NCBI RefSeq assembly: GCF_004010195.1
Contig: NC_057750.1
Location: 17,234,341-17,298,340 of the forward strand
Length of the DNA stretch: 64,000 nucleotides
Source of the DNA: Chiloscyllium plagiosum
Lineage: Eukaryota
Reading direction: 5' to 3'
Shown here: positions 50,777 through 62,789 of the stretch, in pieces
Layout of the letters: each line of letters opens with the position of its first letter
Position numbering within the stretch: the first letter of the stretch is position 1
Notes under the pieces: model-generated
The model's database searches: none
What the model was told of the DNA's origin: nothing
What the model saw: only the letters and a program-made list of their open reading frames with translations
Position numbers and translations under genes: made by a program

Positions 50777-52324
50777 GTTTCTTACTTTACAACAGTGACT
50801 ACCATTCATAAAGAGCCTTACTAGATATAAAGTACTTTGAGATGACTGGTGGTTGTGAAGAGAGATCTGTAAATACAGGCGTTTCTTTTCTATACTCAGT
50901 GACAGGTAGGGAATCAGGTTTCGGGGTTTTGGTTGAAGAGGAACTCAGCCCCAGCCCCCAAGCCCCTACCAGCACAGTTCAGATTACAGCACAACAGGAG
51001 CTGGAAGAGTCTGGACCTGGGCTGGAAATGGTCTGATCCCACAAATGGATTGAATGCCATTCAAACAATAAGTTAACAAAGGGACTGTTGTGGTGCAATG
51101 GTAGTGTCCTTACCTCTAAGCCAGGAGTCTTGCATTCAAGTCCCACCTACTCCAAAAATGTATGTCCACGTCTCTGATAGAAAATATCAACAATAATGAA
51201 ACACAAAGTAAGTTGTAACCAGTGGCAGTAACTGCAAGTGTTGGGCTGGTGAATAAATCGGATTTGTGGCACAGAAACTGGCCTTTGAACCCAACTGGAT
51301 TAGAAATTTTCTAATCAAGCTGATTAGCGATGTTATTACACACCTCTGGGACTGGAATCTAGGTCTCCTGGCTCAGAGATAAGGACAGTACTACTGTGGC
51401 ACAAGACCTTGTTCAACTGGTCAGTCCTCTATACAAATCTCCACTGAACTTTTTTAAAAATTTAACTCAATTCACATGTATTTCTATTTATTTATGCCTC
51501 GTGTGTTCATCTAGCTTCCCCATCTGGATAGCTACACTATTCATCTCAGCAATGACACGTTAGCACATTCAGTATTCTAACCAGTCTCTCCATGATGACA
51601 TTTCTCCTGAATCCTGTTGGGTTTACTGATGACTGCCCTGTTTATGATCTGAGGTCTTGTCTGCCCACATGTGGGAGCATATTATCAGAGTCACAAAAAT
51701 GGATGCAACATTGAAGGAGTCCATTCAACCCATTGTGTCTGGGCTGACTCTCTGAATGAGAAATTCTCTCTGTGCCTTTCCCCATGGCCCTTCGTTTACA
51801 CATAATGACCTGGTCCCTTCTTGAAAGCCTTGATTGAACATGCCTCCACAACACACTCAGGCAGTGCATTCCATATCCTGGGGGGAAGATGCCATGGCCA
51901 ATCTTCCTGTTCTGCCACTAACTCCAGAGGAAAGCTTGAGTGTCCTTGGCAATGTTTCTTCACGGCCACTCCTTAGAACTTGCAGCAGTTGTTCCTCAGA
52001 AGCTACAACACTGCTGTCTCTGTCACCTCTCCAGCTAAGGCAAGACCAATGGGAGATTTTTACTCTTCCCTCATTCTTCGTCCCAAAATGAATCACTTTG
52101 CATCTCTTTATGTTGAATTTCATCCACCACCCCCTTTCAAAGCTCTTCATAATTTTATAGACCATCCTTAATATTCTCTGCTCCAGTAAAGCATGTCCTC
52201 TCCTGCCTGCTGTTTCCTGATGGACTGAATGCCTCTATTCCTGTAAAATTCTTGCTTAAGTTTGCTCCTCCTCTGGTGCCTCGATATCCATTAATGTCAG
52301 ACAGTCGAGTCTTGGTTAACAACG

Positions 52325-52522
52325 TTGAGAATGTGGTGCTGGAAAAGCAGGTCAGGCAGCATTCGAGGAGCAGGAGAATCGACGTTTCGGGCAAAAGTCC
52401 TTCATCAGGAAGGCTGAAACGTTTTTGCCTGAAACGTCAACACTGCTGCTCCTCGGATGCTGCCTGCCCTGCTTTTCCAGCACCACACTCTTGACTCTAA
52501 TCTCCAGCATCTGCAGTCCTAA
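52325..52522. mobile_element. Family A fold-back element just upstream of exon 3
   Basis: Inverted arms TGTGGTGCTGGAAAAGCAGG..AGGCAGCAT / ATGCTGCCT..CCTGCTTTTCCAGCACCACA. Confidence 0.82.
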
Positions 52523-52633
52523 TTTTTGCTTAGTCAACCATTGCTGATTTGGGGATGTGCGCTTATTAAAGTGAAGGCTTTGTGTTTGTTCACATTGGTC
52601 TAACTATGTTTCTCTCTCTATTTTTCTTCACAG

Positions 52634-52675
52634 TCCCTGGAAAGCACCCGTCGAATGCTGCAACTGGTGGAGGAG
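52634..52675 (+). CDS. SNAP25: SNAP-25 exon 3 (42 nt, SLESTRRMLQLVEE)
   Basis: Branch-like CTAAC at 52600-52604, pyrimidine tract and TTCACAG acceptor. The 14 codons match the vertebrate SNAP25 exon 3 peptide, end in a GAG|GTACG donor and are in phase with exon 2. Too short for the ORF track. Confidence 0.96.
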
Positions 52676-54029
52676 GTACGAGGCCAGCAATAATTTCATT
52701 TGTTTTCTATGTTGGTCAATTCCTGATCAAGTCAAGGCTACATTCCTGGGAGATTTTGTCAGCAAGACATGCTGAGCAGTCCAATGAGAGTTTTAAATCA
52801 GGTTGAAGACGATTTGAGAAAGCAGAAGCTCCTATGTGACTGGTTGGGTGTGTGATACACTGCTGACAGTACAACTCACATCTGTCAGCCACACATCAAA
52901 TTTGACAGTGTGACCAATCATTAATTTATACGATGATTAGATTGAGTAACAATTCCATCAGATTTACGTGATGGGATAGGATGCAGATGACGCACTAATC
53001 CTCTACTTTGAAACAGTGAGACTGACCAGAAATCAATGAAACTAGCTATACATCTGCACTGAGAGAGAGCTCTGCAGCTCTGATAATCAATACCACATGG
53101 ATCCACTTGCCAGCCAAGTAACCTCAGCTCCCCTGGGCTAGTTGAAATAAACCAAAGTTCCTGTTGCTGATTTGTCAGTTCTTCCGTTTGGGAAATGTTC
53201 AGGCACATGAGGCAGATTTGTCGGTGATATTCCCTCTGGTTGAATCCACCCGTGTGCAAGCGCAGATTGCAGTTGCCAGTTTTGGTTTGACATATTCCAC
53301 TTCCACTTATTCAAATAATCCTGTTTTCCTCATCGCCGATAATTTATAACTAAGATGAAAGTTTCCAAAGAGAAAATAGCAATTCTTTTAACACCCCAAA
53401 TGACCTTCCTGCCAAGTTAAGTGCTGTTAACTACAATGCTGTTGTACCATTAATCAGAAAATTCATCCCTACGTCTGATTGAATATGCAAACCATTTTCA
53501 GCTGATCAAGGAGAGCTAGCATGGATGTGTCTGCTGAATTTGATTTGAGGAGCAGGGGTCAGAGTTCTAACTCAGGGCCCACCATGATAGGATGGGGACA
53601 TCTCTGATTGTTCATCCATGTTTAGAATGCCAATGTGTGATTGGGGATATTAACTCCCTCCATTGCAAGGTGCTAAATGATTCAGTAACAATTACTGAGT
53701 CTCACAAAGCTATGTGTGTTTTATCTGACATGGTTTGCTAAATGTAATTTAAGTAAATGTTTATTTTAGGACTGCAATTTGAACAGATTATCTGTTAGTG
53801 CTGTACTTGAAGGGAGCATTTGTCAAGTAGATCATCAAACCATTCATCCCACCTTATATGTTCACTATCTGAGCCACCACTGATTACCCATTTGTTTTTC
53901 TCATCAACAGTGCTGCTGCTGTTTGATGCCCTTGTACCACCAAACACATTGTGGTCTCATAGCTGTATGTGTTATTTCTTAGGTTCAGTTCTTACTTACA
54001 AAACTTCAAAATAGAGAAACTTGTGCATT

Positions 54030-54390
54030 TGTCATTCCTTGGCCATACACTTTGGCCATTCTGGGAACTTGTACATGGTCAGTCCTGGTCCTTGGCTCAT
54101 TGGCTGTTCCGAGCCATGCTCATTGGCCATTCCTGGACCTTGCTCATTGGTCATATCTAGACCTTGGTCAAGATTAGAGTGGTGCTGGAAAAGCAGCAGG
54201 TCAGGCAGCATCCGAGGAGCAGGAAAATTGACATTTTGAGCAAAATCCCTTCTTCAGGAAACCTGGACCATGGCTCATTGGTTGTTCTGAGCCAAGCTCA
54301 TTGGATATTCCTGGGTCTTGCTCATTGGCCATTCCTAGTCCATGCTCATTGGACATTGCTGGGCTTTGCCGATTGGCCATTTCTGAACCG
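54030..54390. repeat. Degenerate ~23-24-bp tandem repeat (GCTCATTGGCCATTCCTGGACC) interrupted by a family A fragment at about 54170-54260
   Basis: Recurrent GCTCATTGG units on both sides of the insert. Confidence 0.8.
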
Positions 54391-56637
54391 TGGTTTGAGA
54401 AACCAAACTGAACTAGCCATATAAATACTGTGGCTACAAGAGTGGATCAGAGACTAGGAATACTTCGGTGAGTAACTCACTTGCCTGGATGGGTGCATCT
54501 CCTGCAACACTCAAGAAGCTTGACACACTCCAGGACAAAGCAGCCTGTTTGATTGGCACCACATCAACGAGCATCTATTCCTTCCACCACCAACATTCAT
54601 TTACAGCAATGCATACTATCTACAAGATTCTCAGTAGAAAATCATGAAAGATCCTTCGATAGCACCTTCCAAGCCCACAGCCACTTGCATCTAGAAGGAC
54701 AAGGGCAATAGATACTTGGGAACACCACCATTTGCAAGGTCTCCTCCAAGCTACTCACCATTCTGACAGAGAAATATATCACTACTCCTTCAGCATCGCT
54801 GGGTCAAAATCCTGGAATTCCCTCTATAAGTGGGTCTACTTACAGTGCACGGACTGCAGTGATACAAGAAGGCAACCCGCCATCACCTTCTCAAGGGGCA
54901 CGAGGGATGGGCAATAAATGCTGGCCCAGTTAACGACACTCACATCACTCAAGTGAATAAAAAAATTGAAGGATTATCCTCTCTTCATGACAAATCTCTT
55001 TTGATCCCCTTCTTGTACAGTTGCCCGTTTCCGAGGCTGAACCTAAGCAGCTCATGTGTTTTCTTATTCTCTCTAGGCTTTGACATTCAATCTGTAGCTT
55101 CTGTCCTGACTCAATCTCCTGTGTCCTCATCTTCTTTCGAACAACCACATACAACCCTCTGTGGCCTCCTGCTGCAGCCTCGAGATATTCAGTGACCTTG
55201 CGCCAAACCCAAAGGCTGACATGTCGAAGACCCTTTTACGCTGTGATACAGCTGACTACAGACAGGCCTGCTGCTCCCAGTTGACCATATTCCCATTGTC
55301 TAAAACAGCTGAACTCCCGGGAACCATCAGGCTGGTAGACCCAAACAAAATGTGGGAATACGAGTCAGCTTTAATAATGTAAATAGGGGAGCCATTGCCG
55401 CATGTGTTGAGACCAAACGATAGTGGAGCTTGGTGTGACCAGCTTCCTGATACAAATTGAAAGGTGGCAGCATGATAATTACATCCCTGAATCTGAGTCA
55501 CTAAACACCCAAAGATGAAGGAATGGTCATTATGTTTTTCATTATTTGTGATGTCCATGTAAAGCAACCGAATTTAAAACTGCTAGATGCTTAAATTGCT
55601 TTGAATGAACCAATTTGTGACTGCAGCAGCTACTTTGCAATGATTTCCTTGCTTTCTTGTCACAGACTGTCATTGAGCTGCTACATTTTCCCATTCTGAA
55701 GACGCCAACAGCGTGGTACTCGATCCGATTGGTGTTGGAAAGGGTTCTTTCGACTGATTGTCAGCATGAATTTGAATGACAGAGTCAAATGTTTAACTCT
55801 TATGTGACAGCTAGCTGAAATGTGATGCATTTCAAATGTCGTTGTGGCCATCTACCCTATCTCAGCAAATTTGCAAGCTGTGGTCTTAACCTATGCTCCA
55901 CTAGGATTGTGCGTAGGTGAACGGTTAGGAGGAAGCCAAGTCGGTATAACATCCCTGAGGTCAGTTTGACTCAAGCTGGTCTCAGCTGATTTTTACCAGC
56001 TTTGATATCAGTGAGGCTCCCATCACAGAGGGCCAAGAACCTACAGACCTTGAGAAGACACAGTTGAGCAAGTGCATTACCAGGCAAGACATGGTCTTCA
56101 AATTGAGGGAGGTCCTCCATTGTCTGAAGCTGATTGACTGTAGGGAAAAACAGACTGGTTTGGAAAGGCCAGATCGTATTGCTACTGTTAGATGTTCCAG
56201 GCCTCAGGCGCATTCACCCCTGCACCTACTGTTCCCACTAAAACATCTCCATCTCCCCCAAACCTCCTGCCCATATAATTCAGTACCCTGCCCTATCCCC
56301 CGTCCTAATCTTTCCCCCACTTCTTCCCATGCTTTCCTCCTCCTGTTCCCTCATATACTTGTACCGCACTATGATCTGTGCCCACAACGTTCCCCACAGC
56401 CCCTGCCCTCCCCCTACAATCTCCTCTTGCTCCTTGCCCTCTCCACCTTCACACCCGTCCCTCACCCACTCCATCTCCTGTCTAAGAAATAAACACCCAG
56501 ATGATCAGTGTACCATGTTAGCTGAGGGTTAGATATTGGGCAGGACTGAGCTCAGCTTAGAAATTGTGACCTGGTGTCATTTAACCTCAGAGAGCTGAAG
56601 AGTTCTGGTTGTAATCACTCCTGTGCAGGTCGACCTG

Positions 56638-56962
56638 GCCAGCATTACGTTATTCCCCAGCACTGCGCTGGGTGATCCGCCCCGCAGTGCGTTATTCCCC
56701 AGCACTGCGCTGTGTGATCCGCCCGGCAGTGTGTTATTCCCCAGCACTGTGCTGGGTGATCCAACTGGCATTACGGTATTCCCCAGCACTGCGCTGGGTG
56801 ATCCAACTGGCATTGTGGTATTCCCCAGCACTGTGCTGGGTGATCCGCCCGGCATTGCGGTATTCACCAGCACTGTGCTGGGTGATCCAACTGGCATTGC
56901 GGTATTCCCCAGCACTGTGCTGGGTGATCCGCCCAGCATTGCGGTATTCCCCAGCACTGCAC
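56638..56962. repeat. 42-bp minisatellite, about 7.5 copies
   Basis: Unit CCCAGCACTG(T/C)GCTGGGTGATCC(GCCC/AACT)GGCATTGCGGTATTC, giving 14-aa periodicity in the ORFs. Confidence 0.95.
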
Positions 56963-57339
56963 TGGTATTTCAGTGCAGCGCATTTTTAAGTTTCCAGAGT
57001 TTAAACCTACAACCTTCAATGTCACAGACAAGACTGCTCCCTAGTGAACCTAGCATGTGTGACACACTGCCATTTGCTATATGTCCTTTTTTTTCCACCT
57101 AAGATGTGAGTTATAGATATAGACATTAGGAACAGCAGTCGGCCATTTGACCCTTCTGCCATCCAATATGATCTTGGCTGGTCATCCATCTCAAGGGCAT
57201 CATCCTACTTTCTCTCCATACCCAATGATACTGTTAATATTTATAAATGATTAATCTTCGTCTAACCCTGTTAATGTTTTTCAAGTGTTATCAAGGTCAG
57301 CTTCTGTTACCCATCCCTAATTGCCCTTGAACTGACTGA

Positions 57340-58305
57340 CATAGAGTTATAGTGATGTACAGCATGGAAACAGACCCTTCGGTCTAACTTGTCCATGCTG
57401 ATCAGATATCCCAACCCAATCTAGTCCCACCTGCCAGCACCTGGCCCATAGCCCTCCAAACCCTACTTATTCATATATCCGTCCAAATGCCTTTTAAATG
57501 TTGCAATTGTACCAGCCTCCTCTACTTCCTCTGACAGCCCATTCCACACACATACCACCCTCTGTGTGAAAAAGTTGCCCCTTGGTCTCATATCTTTTCT
57601 AGTTCTGGACTCCCCCACCCCAGGAAAAAGATCTTGTCTATTCAGCCTATCCATGCCCCTCATGATTTTATCAACCTCTATAAGGTCTCCCCTCAGCCTC
57701 CAGCGCTCCAGGGAAAACAGCCCTGGAGTATTCAACCATTTCCCTATAGTTCAAATCCTCCAACCCTGGCAATGTCCTTGTAAATCTTTTCTGAACCTTT
57801 TCAAGTTTCACAACATCCTTCCGATAGGAAGGAGACCAGAATTGCACACAATATTTCAAAAGTAGCCTAACCAAAGTCCTGTACAGCCGCAACATGACCT
57901 CCCAATTCCTGTACTCAATACTCTGACCAATAAAGGAAAGCATACCAAACACCTTCTTCACTATCCTATCTACCTGCAACACTACTTTCAAGGAACTATG
58001 ACCCTGCACTCCAAGATCTCTTTGTTAGCAACACTTCCTAGGACCTAACCACTAAGTGTATAAGTCCGGCTAAGATTTGATTTCCCAAAATACAGCACTT
58101 CACTTTTATCTAAATTAAACTCTAGCTGCCACTCCTCAGCCCATTGGCCCATCTGATCGAGATCCCATTGTAATCTGAGATAACCTTCTTCACTGTCCAC
58201 TACACCTCCAAGTTTGATGTCATCTGCAAACTTACTAACTATACCTCTTACGCTCACATCCAAATCATTTATATAAGTGACGAAAAGTCGTGGACCCAGC
58301 ACCGA
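57340..58305 (-). mobile_element. HER1/CR1 LINE 3' part
   Basis: GSVLGP..FVTYINDLD..SKFADDIK..FKRHLDGYM. Confidence 0.92.
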
Positions 58306-59379
58306 TCCTGACTTGCCTGGCACTTTTTGGAGGGCAGTTAAGACTGACGTCACAGACGGGGTAAGGATTATAGATTTCCTTCCTTAAAAGACATTAGTAA
58401 ACCAGATGAATCTTTTTAATGACTATTGAGAATGTTTATATTTTTATTGGACTCGCTTCTAATTCTGGATTTTTAAATTAAAATTTCACCGTGTGCTATG
58501 GTGGGATTTGAAATCATGTGCCCAGAACATTAGCCTCATTCTAGATTACTAGTTTAGTGCCAATGCTACCTGTGATTGGGGCTAGGAAATCCTTGTGGTC
58601 TCGTGGTTTCGTGGACAATTTTATTAGGTTAGTCGAATAACCAGTTTCTGGGGTTCAAACCTAGGATTATCTAGGTTCCCCACAATTTCTGAATGCACCA
58701 GAGGAGACCCTCCCACTCCCATTTTGACAAGGGACCCAATAACTGTGCAGAATGTAATAAAGATTCTTTTATTAAACTGGTATAGTATCGGACCTGAACA
58801 GGTGTCATCCAGTTATTGAACTACTGAAAATAAGAGTTTTATAATAATTAATTTAGCAAACTGTTGTTGATGCATGGACTCTGTCTAATGAGTAACTGGG
58901 TACATGTCCCAGTTAATACACTTGCAAGCAGCATCTGCTGTGTGTGCACTGCTATTAGTTGTAAAATATAGCAATTCAATCAGGAAACCTTTTCCTGGCC
59001 TGTCTGCAAAGGGAGGATTACTGGCCTGAAATCTTCCGCCAGGCAGCAAGATTTACTGTGGCAGGATATATTTGCTGGTGAGTGCATTTTCATCATCATT
59101 ATTCAAATTGTGCATTTGTGTGGCGTGGTGGGATCATTCACAACATACAGATTGTCAGAGAGAGCAAGCAGGACAAATCTCAACCCAGAGTCATGTAAAA
59201 TAGATCCTATTGTTACTATTATTAAGATCATTTGGGAAATGGAATTAAATTAAAAGATTAAATTAAGTGGGATTAAAGTAGATAGGTATTGGATAGCTGA
59301 TGCAGATATAATGGGCTGAAGGGCCTCTTCCCATGTTGTAATACTCTATTACTCTATGACTCTTCTCTGTGTGATGTAA

Positions 59380-60095
59380 TTAACTAAAGCACCATTGTAA
59401 AATATGGCAGACTAGCAAAATAATGCATTGCAACAGGATTGGTGTTCTCCACTAACAGGATGCTGCTGCCAAGCTAAAACTGACATTCTGCTTAACACAC
59501 ATGTTTGTAATTTGGTATATAAATTTCAGTGTCCATTTGCTGCCAGATATGTGGGCATTACATCCTAAGGACTAGCAGATCATATCAAACAGCACATCAC
59601 ATAACCGGCAGAGTGCTTAACCGTACAGAAGCCTATGCTTGAAAAACACACATTGTCCAACATTAAAGTGATTCTGTGACTGGGTAATATTTGCTGAACA
59701 ACCCAGAGTGTGCCAAAATGACACTAACAGCCAATTTAAAATTGTTAATCAGTTTTGCAATATAGCTTGCTAAAAGCTTCATAAATACTTATGTAGAGCC
59801 AAGTCCTCTGCAGGCTAAAGGAACCTGTCCAGACATTGCATGTTTAAAGCTTGAAGGATGCCAATCCCTGGTATCCATAGCACATCTTGAGTTGACTCGC
59901 CTTTTTAAGTTTGAACAAAGACTGTGAGGGTAACTATTCCCTCAAGCATTCACTTTGGCAATGTCGTGACAAATCAGAGTCTACTTGCCAACTAATCAGC
60001 AGCCTTTTTTTTCATGCATATAAATTGCCATTCTCTTTGAAATTTGGTATTCTCGCACTTGTCCTGATGAGTGAAAAATGAAAAGCTTTGACGTA
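59380..60095 (+). mobile_element. Old Penelope-like element 3' part (family D): degenerate GIY-YIG and hammerhead-like terminus
   Basis: Frameshifted VFSTNRML..LVYKFQCPFAARYVGITS*GLADHIKQHI. CTGATGAG..GAAAAGC at 60064-60086. Confidence 0.65.
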
Positions 60096-60955
60096 TGTCT
60101 CTCACCTCAGCAATATTTGCTTGTACTGAGGCTACTATTTTCTCAGCAGTTTTTGAACGTGGTTAGCCTCAGGTCTTTGCCTTATTTCTGGGCTGATCCC
60201 ATTAATCTAGCATCCCCTATCCTAATGTTCTCTTGGCTGGCCTGGCAGAGTTCACAGTCCAACTTTTCGTCCATAACTCTGCTACCTATCTGCCATTTCT
60301 CACCAAGTCCTGCATACCCATCATTCATCTGATCCCAAGTTCTTTGGAGATTGAGTTTTGATCATGGGTTTAAATTGTTCCATGCCCTCACTCCTTATCT
60401 TTCCTACCTTACTTCGAAGTTCTGTATTCCACTGACTCCAGTCTTTTGTCAGTTCTACACTGGAATTCCCTTCTTGTAGAGTCAAACAGACCCTTCGGTC
60501 CAACCAGTCCGTGCTGAACAAACTAAACTAGTCCCACCTACCTGTTTCTGGCCCATGTCCATCCAAACCTTTCCTGGTCATGTAGTTATCCAAATGCCTT
60601 TTAAACAAAACCTGAATTTATAGAATCACAGACATTATGGCACAACAGGAGATCATTTAACACAGCATGTTTGTGCTGGCCTTTCCCAGTACCTCTTTGG
60701 GATTGTGTCATACAAGCAAGGAATAGGAGTAGGCCACTCAGCACTTGACCCTGCTCCACCATCCAATGAAATTATGGTTGATCTAATTTTAATCTCAACT
60801 CTACATTCCTGCATATCCTTGTTAATCATGTATCCCTTTGGTAATTAAGAAGATACCTTTCTCTGCCTTAAAAAATATTTGAGGATTCTGCAACCTTTGC
60901 CTTTTGAGTAAGGGAATTCCAAAGAATCACAATCCTCATATTAAAAAAAAATCCT

Positions 60956-62280
60956 CAGAGTCATAGAGTTGTATAGCACAGAAACTGAGTCTTCAGTCCA
61001 ACTCATCCATGCTGAGCAGATATCCTAAATTAAGTCTAGTCCCATTTGCCAGCATTTGTCCCATATCCCTCTAAACCCTTCCTATTCATACACCCATCCA
61101 GATGCCTTCTAAATGATGTAATTGTTACAACATGGAAGGTCGAACCTGTCTGTTAATTAAAGCAAACACCCAGAAAAGCTTGCCTTGCCTCATAATCTGT
61201 TAAAATGTGAGTGACAGAGAACTCCCAAATCCCACTATTTAAAGAAAATAGCCTCAATTTATTTTCCATCTCCAAACGTAATCATTAAACAAAAGCTATT
61301 CACAAATCTAAGCCCCCCTTTCTCTTAACTGCTTATTATCTGACTCCAACTCTACAAAAATAATTTGCTGTTCCAATAAGACACTTACTTTAACTTAATC
61401 TCAAACCACACAGTCTCTGTCGTCTTCTGTGTTTTCACTCTTCCAGCTGCTGATTTTCCTGGGTCCTCGTCTTTATTTTTACTGTGAATGTGTTTTATTG
61501 AAAAGGTACTTTTGATAGAGAGTGTTTCCTAATTTCTTTGGCAGCAAGATGTTAGATTGGCAGTTAGCTCTCCAGCAGTTTCTCTCTCTATGACAGTTGC
61601 TCTATGACCAACTTTCAAAATGCCTGCATTCTTTATACCCCCAACATCGGATTGTCTCATTGGTTTGATGTTGGCAAAACAATAAATTCAAACTTGATTG
61701 GGTTTTAGTATCCTGGGGCATAATTTAAACTGATTGGTTATATTTGAATTGTTGTCAAAACAGCAACCAAAGGTCAGGTGTCCATTTCAAAACCGAATGT
61801 TACATATTTTCAATTTTCCAGTACACTCTGGGACTGCCATCTGGTACAGGTGCTTGCAATCTCTTAGTTCAGAACAGCATTCACTCTTTCTTAAAGGTAC
61901 AGTACATGCTTTCAAATTCATAACATAATTACACAAGCCTTCACTACCTCCTCTGGCAGCCCATCCTATACATGCACCACCCTCTGTGTGGAAAATCTGC
62001 CCCTTCGGACCATTTTAAATCTTTCCCCTCTCACCTTAAGCCTATGTCCTCTAGCTTTGGACGCGCCTACCCTTGGAAAAAGATCTTGGCTATTCAACCT
62101 ATCCATGCTCTCACGATTTTATAAACCTCAATAAGGTCACCCCTCAGCTTCCGATGCTCCAGGGAAAATAGCCCCAGCCTATTCAGTCTCTCCCTGTAGC
62201 CTCAAACCTTCAAACCTCCCAATCCGACAACATTCTTGTAAATCTTTTGTATCGCAGGGAGAGCAGAATTGCATGCAGTA
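60956..62280 (-). mobile_element. HER1/CR1 3' fragment split by a solo LTR
   Basis: CR1 sequence at 60956-61122 continues colinearly from 61926. Confidence 0.85.
61123..61925 (-). mobile_element. Solo LTR (803 bp), probably Gypsy-type
   Basis: TGTTA...TAACA termini, 4-bp TSD TAAT (61119-61122 and 61926-61929), minus-strand GGGGTATAAA near 61632-61641 and AATAAA near 61258-61263. Confidence 0.85.
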
Positions 62281-62789
62281 TCGTCTCTGTCTTAAATAGG
62301 CGACACGATATTTTTAAACTATGATTCCCCACAAGAGGAAACAGCCTTTCAACATCCACCAATCTAGTGCCATTAGGGTCTTATATGTTTAAATCATCTC
62401 TGACTCCAGAGCATACAGGCCTACCCTGTCTAGCTTTTCTTTAGAAAACAATCCTTTCCTTGTTACTCCTGTGTTTGTGAACTGCCTGTTAACCGTTTTT
62501 CTAGATTACAGGCCTCAGTAAATTCCTGTTCTTCTCATGGTTGTTCTGAAGAATTGGTTTAGGTGTGCTGAAGGATACAATAGTCAGGGAATAATATTAC
62601 AGAGAGGTAGACTGTATGGCCCATCATGCCTGTACAAACACTAGGAAAGAGAGAGCTTTCCAGTTAGACCCCACTCCCCTGCCCTTTACTTACATTTCTG
62701 CAAGATTTTCCTCCTTCTGTACTTACCCAACTCGCTTTTGAAAGGTGTGATTGAATCTGTCATTCTGGAGCGAGTAGATCCGATGGTTT

